From Ranitomeya imitator (Eukaryota), in assembly GCF_032444005.1 (NCBI RefSeq), contig NC_091288.1, positions 215,202,001 to 215,266,000 of the forward strand: a stretch of DNA of 64,000 nucleotides, in the 5' to 3' direction. The notes under the pieces were generated by a model, which saw only the letters and a list, made by a program, of their open reading frames with translations, searched no databases and was not told where the DNA came from. Made by a program: the position numbers and the translations under genes. Shown in pieces: positions 53,064 to 64,000 of this stretch. Within the stretch, counting starts at the first letter, position 1. The number at the start of each line of letters is the position of its first letter.

Positions 53064-56000
53064 TTTATTTATATAGCGCCAACATATTCCGCAGCGCTTT
53101 ACAAATTATAGAGGGGACTTGTACAGACAATAGACATTACAGCATAACAGAAATACAGTTCAAAACAGATACCAGGAGGAGTGAGGGCCCTGCTCGCAAG
53201 CTTACAAACTATGGGGAAAAGGGGAGACACGAGAGGTGGATGGTAACAATTGCTTTAGTTATTCGGACCGGCCATAGTGTAAGGCTCAGGTGTTCATGTA
53301 AAGCTGCATGAACCAGTTAACTGCCTAAGTATGTAACAGTACAGACACAGAGGGCTAATGCTGCATAAAGTGTATGAGAACATGATGCGAGGAACCTTTT
53401 TTTTTTTTTTTTTATTATAAATAGGCCACACAGGGATCGTTAGGTTAATGCATTGAGGCGGTAGGCCAGTCTGAACAAATGAGTTTTTAGGGCACGCTTA
53501 AAACTGTGGGGATTGGGGATTAATCGTATTAACCTAGGTAGTGCATTCCAAAGAATCGGCGCAGCACGTGTAAAGTCTTGGAGACGGGAGTGGGAGGTTC
53601 TGATTATTGAGGATGCTAACCTGAGGTCATGAGCGGAGCGGAGGGCACGGGTAGGGTGGTAGGCTGAGACCAGGGAGGAGATGTAGGGTGGTGCTGAGCC
53701 ATGGAGTGCTTTGTGGATGAGGGTAGTAGTTTTGTACTGGATTCTGGAGTGGATGGGTAGCCAGTGTAATGACTGGCACAGGGTAGAGGCATCGGTGTAA
53801 CGGTTGGTGAGGAATATGATCCTGGCTGCAGCATTCAGGACAGATTGGAGCGGAGAGAGTTTGGTAAGAGGGAGGCCGATTAGTAGAGAGTTACAATAGT
53901 CCAGACGAGAATGAATAAGTGAAACAGTCAGAGTTTTTGCAGAGTCGAAATTAGGAAAAGGGCGAATTCTAGAAATGTTTTTGAGATGCAGGTAAGAAGA
54001 GCGAGCCAGTGATCGGATGTAGGGGGTGAATGAAAGGTCAGAATCAAGGATGACCCCAAGGCAGCGGGCATGTTGCTTTGGAGTAATGGTGGAACCGCTC
54101 ACGGAGATGGCAATGTCAGGCAAAGGTAGGTTAGTAGAGGGAGAGAACACGAGGAGTTCAGTTTTTGACAGGTTTAGTTTCAGATAGAGGGAGGACATGA
54201 TGTTAGAGACAGCGGTAAGACAATCACTGGTGTTTTCTAAAAAGGTCGGTGTGATATCGGGAGCAGAAGTGTATAATTGGGTGTCGTCAGCATAGAGATG
54301 GTACTGGAAACCAAATCTACTGATTGTCCAATAGGGGCAGTATACAACGAGAAGAGGAGGGGGCCTAGGACTGATCCTTGAGGAACCCCAACAGTAAGGG
54401 GAAGGTGAGAGGAGGAGGAACCAGCAAAACATACAGTGAAGGATCGGTCAGAGAGATAGGAGGAGAACCAGGAGAGAACGGTGTCCTTGAGGCCGATGGA
54501 GCGGAGCATAGTGAGGAGGAGCTGATGATCCACAGTGTCGAATGCTGCAGAGAGATCCAAGAGAATTAGCATGGAGTAGTGACCATTAGATTTAGCTGTT
54601 AGTAGGTCATTAGAGACTTTAGTGAGGGCAGTTTCAGTAGAGTGTAAAGAGCGGAAGCCAGATTGAAGAGGGTCGAGAAGAGAGTTATCTGAGAGATAGC
54701 GGGTAAGACGGGAGTGGACCAGGCGTTCGAGGAGTTTAGAGATGAAGGGAAGATTAGAGACAGGTCTATAATTAGCGGCACAGTTTTGATCGAGGGATGG
54801 TTTTTTAAGTAATGGATGTATGATGGCATGCTTAAATGAGGAGGGAAAAATACCGGAAGTGAGGGAAAGGTTGAATATTTTTGTTAGGTGAGAGGTGATA
54901 GCCGGGGAAAGGGACTGGAGGAGATGTGACGGAATGGGGTCACTGGTGCAAGTGGTCGGGCGCGAAGATGCAAGGAGCCTGCTTACTTCTTCTTCTGTAA
55001 CTGCTTCAAAGTCAGAGAGTGAACTAGATGCAGTGGGGGAGGGAGGACAGTGCATGGTATGAAGAGATTGGGAGATGATTTCCTGTCGAATGTGGTCAAT
55101 TTTTTCTTTGAAGTAATTGGCCAGATCGTCAGCACGGAGATCCGTGGTTGGGGCCTGCTCTCTTGGGTTGAGTAGGGACTGGAACGTGTCAAAGAGACGT
55201 TTAGGGTTATTGGACAGGGAGGTGATGAGGGTGTTGAAGTAGGTTTGTTTGGAGAGGTGAAGGGCAGAATTGTATGTCTTTAGCATGAACTTATAATGGA
55301 TGAAATCTTCGGGTAGATTAGATTTTCTCCACAGACGTTCTGCGCACCTGGAGCACCGCTGCAGGAAACGTGTTTGCAGCGTGTGCCACGGTTGTTGCCG
55401 TCTGTGCCGAGTTGTTTTATGTATAGGAGGAGCAGCTTCATCCAGAGCACTTTGCAGGGTTTCATTGTAATGCTTCAATGCAGAATCAGGACATGAGATG
55501 GAGGAGATAGGGGCCAATGAGGACTGCAAGTTCATCATAAGTTCTGGGTGTTAATGGCCTGTATGTTTCTATAGGTGTGGAAAGTGGGGGTGACCTGAGC
55601 GGGATGGCAGTTCTTGATAGAGAATGAAAGAAGGTTGTGGTCAGAGAGCGGGAGAGGGGAGTTTGTGAAGTCATCCACTGAGCAAAGTCGGGAGAAGACC
55701 AAGTCAAGGGAGTTTCCATCTTCATGTGTTGGAGAGTTAGTATGCTGCGAGAGGCCAAAAGAGGAGGATAGAGATAAAAGGTGAGAAGCAGATGGGGAGA
55801 GGGGAGAGGCAATGGGGATGTTGAAATCACCCATGATAAGGGTGGGGGTGTCACAGGAGAGAAAGTGTGGAAGCCAGGTGGCAAAGTGATCCAGGAACTG
55901 ATGAGAGGGGCCGGGAGGACGATACACCACCGCCACTCGCATGGAGAAGGGGACGTAGAGTCTGACCACATGGACCTCAAAGGAAGGGAAGACAAGTGAG

Positions 56001-56632
56001 GGTACTTGGGGGATAACTTGGAAAGTACATTTGGGTGAAAGGAGCAGACCAACGCCTCCACCTGCTCTGTTGTCCGATCTTGGGGTATGAGAAAAGTGTA
56101 GTCCACCATATGAAAGAGCAGCAGCAGCGGTGGTGTCTGACTGCTGGATCCAGGTTTCAGTAAGAGCCAGGAGATTAAGAGAATTAGAAAGGAAGAAGTC
56201 ATGAATGAAGGAGAGTTTATTACACACAGAGCGAGAATTCCAAAGGGCACAATTGAAAGAGACAGCAGGCATGCAGGGAATATTAATAAGGTTAGAGGGG
56301 TTTCTGGGTGTAGCAATTGGGAGGTTTGACTGGCTATAACATGGGGGGCCGGGGTTTGGAGATATGTCTCCAGCGACTAGGAGAAGGAGGATCGAAAGAG
56401 TGAGCAGATGGTTAAGTGATTTGTGAGAGCGTCTCTTGTGTTGGATGTTGTGACTGAATGGATCTGTGCTGTTAAGCAATGTGAATAGAGCATGAGTGCT
56501 ATACATAGGAGAGGCAAGGACAGAGGGGCCGATATGGATGGAGTGTAAAGAGTTAATGCGAGGGCGGTGAATGTGAGTGAATGCAGCAGCCAGAATATAG
56601 ATTATACAAATAAATATGGTGAGTATTTGTGC
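53034..56632 (-). mobile_element. Near-full-length L2-clade LINE (2A-like peptide, APE, RT) with two frameshifts (~55540, ~54330) and (ATT)n tail
   Basis: APE motifs LTETW, MGDFN; RT motifs [19 protein letters not shown]; L2-type C-terminus SRLDYCNSLL...HWLP; (att)n tail at 53031-53061; GTAAT duplicated at both junctions. Confidence 0.94.
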
Positions 56633-59557
56633 TGTAATGTATGTAGACAGTGACTGCACCAGCAGAATAGTGAGTGCAGCTCTGGAGTATAATACAGGAT
56701 ATAACTCAGGATCAGTAATGTAATGTATGTACACAGTGACTGCACCAGCAGAATAGTGAGTGCCGCTCTGGAGTATAATACAGGATGTAACTCAGGATCA
56801 GTAATGTAATGTATGTACACAGTGACTGCAGCAGCAGAATAGTGAGTGCAGCTCTGGGGTATAATGCAGGCTGTAACTCAGGATCAGTAATGTATGTACA
56901 CAGTGACTGCACCAGCAGAATAGTGAGTGCAGCTCTGGGGTATAATACAGGATGTAACTCAGGATCAGTAATGTAATGTATGTACACAGTGACTTCACCA
57001 GCAGAATAGTGAGTGCAGCTCTGGGGTATAATACAGGATGTAACTCGGGATCAGTAATGTAATGTATGTACACAGTGACTGCACCAGCAGAATAGTGAGT
57101 GCAGCTCTGGAGTATAATACAGGAGGTAACTTAGGATCAGTAATGTATGTACACAGTGACTGCACCAGCAGAATAGTGAGTGCAGCTCTGGGGTATAATA
57201 CAGGATGTAACTCATGATCAGTAATGTAATGTATGTACACAGTGACTGCACCAGCAGAATAGTGAGTGCAGCTCTGGAGTATAATACAGGAGGTAACTTA
57301 GGATCAGTAATGTATGTACACAGTGACTGCACCAGCAGAATAGTGAGTGCAGCTCTGGAGTATAATACAGGATGTAACTCAGGATCAGTAATGTATGTAC
57401 ACAGTGACTGCACCAGCAGAATAGTGAGTGCAGCTCTGAAGTATAATACAGGATATAACTCAAGATCAGTAATGTAATGTATGTACACAGTGACTGCACC
57501 AGCAGAATAGTGAGTGCAGCTCTGGGGTATAATACAGGATGTAACTCAGGATCAGTAATGTAATGTACGTACACATTGACTGCACCAGCAGAATAGTGAG
57601 TGCAGCTCTGGGGTATAATACAGGAGGTAACTCAGGATCAGTAATGTAATGTATGTACACAGTGACTGCACCAGCAGAATAGTGAGTTCAGCTCTGGGGT
57701 ATAATACAGGATGTAACTCAGGATCAGTAATGTAATGTATGTACATATTGACTGCAGCAGCAGAATAGTGAGTGCAGCTCTGGGGTATAATACAGGAGGT
57801 AACTCAGGATCAGTAATGTATGTACACAGTGACTGCACCAGCAGAATAGTGAGTGCAGCTCTGGGGTATAATACAGGATGTAACTCAGGATCAGTAATGT
57901 AATGTACACAGTGACTGCACCAGCAGAATAGTGAGTGCAGCTCTGGAGTATAATACAGGATGTAACTCAGGATCAGTAATGTAATGTATGTACACAGTGA
58001 CTGCACCAGCAGAATAGTGAGTGCAGATCTGGAGTATAATACAGGAGGTAACTCAGGATCAGTAATGTATGTACACAGTGACTGCACCAGCAGAATAGTG
58101 AGTGCAGCTCTGGAGTATAATACAGGAGGTAACTCAGGATCAGTAATGTATGTACACAGTGACTGCACCAGCAGAATAGTGAGTGCAGCTCTGGGGTATA
58201 ATACAGGATGTAACTCAGGATCAGTAATGTAATGTATGTACATAGTGACTGCAGCAGCAGAATAGTGAGTGCAGATCTGGAGTATAATACAGGAGGTAAC
58301 TCAGGATCAGTAATGTAATGTATGTACACAGTGACTGCACCAGCAGAATAATGAGTGCAGCTCTGGAGTATAATACAGGATGTAACTCAGGATCAGTAAT
58401 GTAATGTATGTACACAATGACTGCACCAGCAGAATAGTGAGTGCAGCTCTGGAGTATAATACAGGATGTAACTCAGGATCAGTAATGTAATGTATGTACA
58501 CAGTGACTGCACCAGCAGAATAGTGAGTGCAGCTCTGGAGTATAATACAGGATGTAACTCAGGATGAGTAATGTAATGTATGTACACAGTGACTGCACCA
58601 GCAGAGTAGTGAGTGCAGCTCTGGAGTATAATACAGGATGTAACTCAGGATCAGTAATGTATGTACACAGTGACTGCACCAGCAGAATAGTGAGTGCAGC
58701 TCTGGGGTATAATACAGGATGTAACTCAGGATCAGTAATGTAATGTATGTACACAGTGAGTGCACCAGCAGAATAGTGAGTGCAGCTCTGGAGTATAATA
58801 CAGGATGTAACTCAGGATCAGTAATGTAATGTATGTACACAGTGACTGCACCAGCAGAATAGTGAGTGCAGCTCTGGGGTATAATACAGGATGTAACTCA
58901 GGATGAGTAATGTAATGTATGTACACAGTGACTGCACCAGCAGAATAGTGAGTGCAGCTCTGGAGTATAATACAGGATGTAACTCAGGATGAGTAATGTA
59001 TGTACACAGTGACTGCACCAGCAGAGTAGTGAGTGCAGCTCTGGAGTATAATACAGGATGTAACTCAGGATGAGTAATGTATGTACACAGTGACTGCACC
59101 AGCAGAGTAGTGAGTGCAGCTCTGGGGTATAATACAGGATGTAACTCAGGATGAGTAATGTAATGTATGTACACAGTGACTGCACCAGCAGAATAGTGAG
59201 TGCAGCTCTGGAGTATAATACAGGAGGTAACTCAGGATCAGTAATGTAATGTATGTACACAGTGACTGCACCAGCAGAATAGTGAGTGCAGCTCTGGGGT
59301 ATAATACAGGATGTAACTCCGGATCAGTGATGTATGTACACAATGACTGCACCAGCAGAATAGTGAGTGCAGCTCTGGGGTATAATACAGGATGTAACTC
59401 AGGATCAGTAATGTAATGTATGTACACAGTGACTGCACCAGCAGAATAGTGAGTGCAGCTCTGGAGTATAATACAGGATGTAACTCCGGATCAGTGATGT
59501 ATGTACACAGTGAGTGCAGCTCTGGAGGATAATACTGGATCAGTAATGTGTGTACAC
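56633..59557 (-). repeat. 86-bp satellite array 2, right block (more diverged, more 81-bp units)
   Basis: Same monomer with many private substitutions. Confidence 0.97.
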
Positions 59558-60236
59558 GGTGGCGGTGGGTGTAGGTGTTGTCACCCCCTGTGTCTGGCCC
59601 CCGGTGAGTGCCGGCTCCGCGCTGTGTTCTGCTGGCTGTGTCCGGCCGTGTTCCGGTTCTCCCTGACTTCTGTGTATATTGCTCTGACATATAATAATGC
59701 CGTCTCTGTTATATAGAACTTTTCTTGTATTTGCCTTTTGTCACCATAACAAACCCTCAGCTGTGAGGAGTTTTACCAGTTTTCTCTCCCTGGGAGCGGT
59801 GATCCCACCTTCTCCCCTCAGGGTCGCTCCTGCTCTGACCTCTGTGACCTGCGGTAATAAATCTTCGGCCTTTCCCCTGCCGCATTGCATTATGGGAGAT
59901 GTAGTTTATGGCATTAATACTTTTGGAGCCCTTTCCCATCGCTTTGAACCCTTTAACTGTCTGTTTGCTGGAGGGGTCTTCTCATTTCAGGCTTGTGCAT
60001 CTCTGGGAATTGTCGGGGTCTTATGGTGTCACTAGAAGCAGGACCCCTTTAAATAAATTTTCCGTTTTTTATGTTTAATTCTTGTGTAATATAATGGATG
60101 GCTGGAGGTGCAGGGGGGATGTAACGTCTTGTTCCTGGTAGAAGATCAGCTCCGGAGCACAAACTGCTCCTCCACCATTGGACGGCTCCTCACATCACTC
60201 ATTGTATTCTTCATCCCCAGATACATTAGCTTAGCA

Positions 60237-63200
60237 ATGGCGAGTGACCCTCCGCCTCCGTACCCCGGGGGTCCCACCGCTCCGCTGCTGGAGGACAAGC
60301 ATGGATCCCACAGCAATGAAGGTACATCGCGGCCACCGCCTCACCTGGTGCTGCTCTCAGCTGAGGGTTTGTTACAGTTGTATCGTCTGTGATGGCAGAC
60401 TCAGGATAGGAGAGAGACTGGCAGGACGCAATTGTAGCAAACCCTCAGCTGTGACATAAATTAGATTGGAATGTCTTGAAGGGGTCGTCTGAAATCCAAA
60501 TCAATCCCTATCCATAATCTGTCCCTCTCCCTGATCTATCCCTGTCCATGATCTATCCATGTCCATATTCTATCGCTATCCATAATCTATCCCTGTCCAT
60601 GATCTGTCCTTGTCCCTGATCTGTCCCTGATCTATCCCTGTCCCTGATCTGTCCCTGACCCTGTCCCTGATCTGTCCCTGACCCTGTCCCTGATCTGTCC
60701 CTGTCCATGATCTGTCCCTGATCGGTCCCTGACCCTGTCCCTGATCTGTCCCTGTCCATGATCGGTCCCTGATCGGTCCCTGTCCCTGATCGGTCCCTGT
60801 CCCTGATCGGTCCCTGTCCCTGATCGGTCCCTGTCCCTGATCTGTCCCTGTCCCTGATCTGTCCCTGTCCCTGATCGGTCCCTGTCCCTGATCTGTCCCT
60901 AATCTGTCCCTCTCCCTGATCTGTCCCTGTTTATAATCTGTCCCTGTCCCTGATCTATCCCTTTCCCTGATGTATCCCTGTCCGTGATCTATCCCTGTCC
61001 GTGATCTATCCCTGTCCGTGATCTATCCCTGTTCGTGATCTGTCCCCGTCCCTGATCTGCCCCTGATCTGTCCCTGCCCCTGATCTGTCCCTGTCCCTGA
61101 TCTATCCATCTTTATCGCTGTCCTAATGTCTCTGTCCCTATCTAGATAGAGATTTACGGTGAATATTTGGATTTCCGACCAAATCTTTAAACGGTTCTTC
61201 CCTATCACTGACAGGAGGCAGAGGGAGGACGTTGTGGCACTCACTCTCTGCAGAGTCTCTCTCTCACCATGTTCTGCAGAGTCTCTCTCTCACCATGTTC
61301 TGCAGAGTCTCTCTCTCACCATGTTCTGCAGAGTCTCTCTCACCATGTTCTGCAGAGTCTCTCTCACCATGTTCTGCAGAGTCTCTCTCTCACCATGTTC
61401 TGCAGAGTCTCTCTCACCATGTTCTGCAGAGTCTCTCTCTCACCATGTTCTGCAGAGTCTCTCTCTCACCATGTTCTGCAGAGTCTCTCTCACCATGTTC
61501 TGCAGAGTGTCTCTCACCATGTTCTGCAGAGTCTCTCTCACCATGTTCTGCAGAGTGTCTCTCACCATGTTCTGCAGAGTCTCTCTCACCATGTTCTGCA
61601 GTGTCTCTCACCATGTTCTGCAGAGTGTCTCTCACCATGTTCTGCAGAGTGTCTCTCACCATGTTCTGCAGAGTGTCTCTCACCATGTTCTGCAGAGTGT
61701 CTCTCACCATGTTCTGCAGAGTGTCTCTCACCATGTTCTGCAGAGTGTCTCTCACCATGTTCTGCAGAGTGTCTCTCACCATGTTCTGCAGAGTGTCTCT
61801 CACCATGTTCTGCAGAGTGTCTCTCACCATGTTCTGCAGAGTGTCTCTCACCATGTTCTGCAGAGTGTCTCTCACCATGTTCTGCAGAGTCTCTCTCTCA
61901 CCATGTTCTGCAGAGTCTCTCTCTCACCATGTTCTGCAGAGTCTCTCTCTCACCATGTTCTGCAGAGTCTCTCTCTCACCATGTTCTGCAGAGTCTCTCT
62001 CACCATGTTCTGCAGAGTCTCTCACCATGTTCTGCAGAGTGTCTCTCTCACCATGTTCTGCAGAGTCTCTCTCACCATGTTTTGCAGAGTCTCTCTCACC
62101 ATGTTCTGCAGAGTCTCTCTCACCATGTTCTGCAGAGTCTCTCTCACCATGTTCTGCAGAGTCTCTCTCACCATGTTCTGCAGAGTCTCTCTCACCATGT
62201 TCTGCAGAGTCTCTCTCTCACCATGTTCTGCAGAGTCTCTCTCTCACCATGTTCTGCAGAGTCTCTCTCACTACTAACAGTGTGGCGCTCACTAACCGTC
62301 TGCTTTCTCCTGCTCTTGCGTGTTTTCTTTTTTAGTGGATAACAGACAACCTCCGGGGGCCTACCCTCCCAGCGTGCCGTTTGTCCCCCCGGATTCAGGA
62401 CCCCCGCCGTATGATGCAAATCCAGGTTACATCGCCCCCAACCCTGGTGAGAGGGATGTGTGAGGAGCAGAGGGGGGAAATGTGTGTTCGGGATGGTCTG
62501 ATGATCGCAGCGCCCTCTGGTGGTCATTCTCAGTACTGCAGTTCAGCTGCTGTTGACGTGAATGTAATCTGAGCTGCAGTACCGAGAACGGCCACTACAC
62601 AGTGTATGGCGCTGTGCTGACCTGTCTGTGCTGACCCATTATCCTGAGAATGAAGGGGGGGCATCACTGCTGCTGACTCAGGATTGATGGGGGTCCCGGA
62701 GGTAAAACTGTAAAGCAGAGACCCCCTGTATTCTTTGATAATATCTGTAGAAATGGAGACCCCCAATAGTGAGGTCCTAGTCAGGGGGGCTGGTACTGGG
62801 GCGATTTTGTGACCCTATAAAGGGTATTAACTCTTTGTCCCCCTGCAGCTTACTACCCGCCCCCTGGACCTTACGGTCCCATGGGTTACTACCCGCCCAG
62901 CACCTGCCAGTACCCTCAGCAGTTCCCGTCCCCTGGGGCACACGGCACCACCGTCATCGTACCCCCCGGCGCCAGCTCTGCCTCCACCACCACCACGACG
63001 GTCACCGTCCTGCAGGGAGAAATATTTCAGGGGTCCCCGGTGCAGACGGTGTGCCCCCATTGCCAGCAGCCCATCACCACCAAGATCAGCCACGAGATCG
63101 GCCTGATGAACTGCCTGCTGTGCTGCTTCTGCTGCTTCGTAGGGTGAGTGCGGGTGGGCCGGCGGGGCGGCCATGGCGTCAGGGGGGCAGATCACTTCAT

Positions 63201-63328
63201 CGCTTCTCTGTTTCAGGTGTGACCTGGGCTGTTGTCTCATCCCCTTCATGATCAACGACCTTAAAGACGTGACCCACACCTGCCCCAACTGCAAGGCGTA
63301 CATCTACACGTACAGGAGGATGGGCTAA
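60237..63328 (+). CDS. CDIP1: Cell death-inducing p53 target 1 (LITAF domain): join(60237-60321,62336-62446,62849-63143,63217-63328), 200 aa
   Basis: [21 protein letters not shown]..., [36 protein letters not shown]...[37 protein letters not shown]. Acceptor at 60220, AATAAA at 63444-63449. Confidence 0.96.
60510..61140. repeat. ~17-bp pyrimidine-rich minisatellite (ctgatctgtccctgtcc) in a CDIP1 intron
   Basis: Degenerate tandem units. Confidence 0.9.
61245..62272. repeat. 22-26-bp minisatellite (gttctgcagagt[ct]nctcaccat) in a CDIP1 intron
   Basis: Tandem units with variable CT dinucleotide number. Confidence 0.95.
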
Positions 63329-63791
63329 TGAAGAAGCCCCCCAGGGTGCCACGTCTCCGTCCGTCTCATCCCGGAGCCCCCATCTAACCTCGCCCTCCAT
63401 CCGCACATCCACACGAGGAACTGTGAACTCTAGGACTGGCTACAATAAAGGAATCATGTCTCCCCCCGGTGGCCCATACTGAGTATGACATGTAAAATGC
63501 GTCATGTTTGCCGGACCTCCATCGTGCCGCCTCCTGTGGCCTCTCTGCCCGTGTGTGCCAGGCTTTGCCACGCTCAGTAATGAAGTAGATTTTAGTTTGT
63601 GAATCCGTTAACTTTTCAAGCCCCGTTCTGGCTACCTCAGATATAAAGGCTTTCCGGTCTGTGAAGGATGAAAGGGGGCGCTATGATTTACGCATTGCCG
63701 TCCCTTTCTATGTAGCTGCTATGAAGGGCTGCTATCTCATTATACACGTAAGAGGCCCTAGGAATGCAAAGAGCCAATCAGAGTCTCTGTT

Positions 63792-64000
63792 CTAACAGGC
63801 TCCACCCTCCTGACTTTTTCTGGATAATTAAGGAGTCCAGCTTGTGCTATGATCTAACAGGCTCCACCCTCCGGACTCTTTCTGGATAATTAAGGAGTCC
63901 AGCTTGTGCTATGATCTAACCGGCTCCACCCTCCGGACTCTTTCTGGATAATTAAGGAGTCCAGCTTGTGCTATGATCTAACAGGCTCCACCCTCTGGAC
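63792..64000. repeat. 62-bp tandem repeat downstream of the CDIP1 polyA signal, running off the window
   Basis: ctaacaggctccaccctcc...gctatgat starts at 63792, 63854 and 63916. Confidence 0.88.

Noticed and set aside
61159-62342. 350-370 aa Cys/His-rich ORFs in three frames
   Set aside because: Translation of the 22-26-bp minisatellite in a CDIP1 intron.

Overview
Vertebrate genomic DNA, most likely an anuran (inferred from the TE and satellite repertoire). It contains a four-gene block whose order matches human 16p13.3 as I recall it: MGRN1 (-, first three coding exons), UBALD1 (+, complete), a C16orf96/DUF4795-like gene (-, 16 coding exons built by hand, 660 aa) and CDIP1 (+, complete). 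Tiny introns (73-106 nt) alternate with introns inflated by intron-specific minisatellites. A CpG-free 86-bp satellite forms two oppositely oriented arrays, each next to a ZNF143-type promoter; the larger has a 3,426-bp higher-order duplication. Mobile elements: a young chromodomain Gypsy (Tf1/sushi-like) inserted in a 35-bp satellite and interrupted by an IR/DR Tc1 with a single nonsense codon; a near-full-length L2 LINE with a 2A-like peptide inserted in the 86-bp satellite; a 5'-truncated CR1 with an uninterrupted ORF; several MITEs. Strongest lead: the Gypsy has no tRNA-type primer-binding site, but its PBS position is complementary to the predicted 5' end of its own transcript (self-priming as in fission-yeast Tf1), and it may have a spliced leader. 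No prokaryotic features. Most ORFs in the track are repeat artefacts. All coordinates were read by eye.
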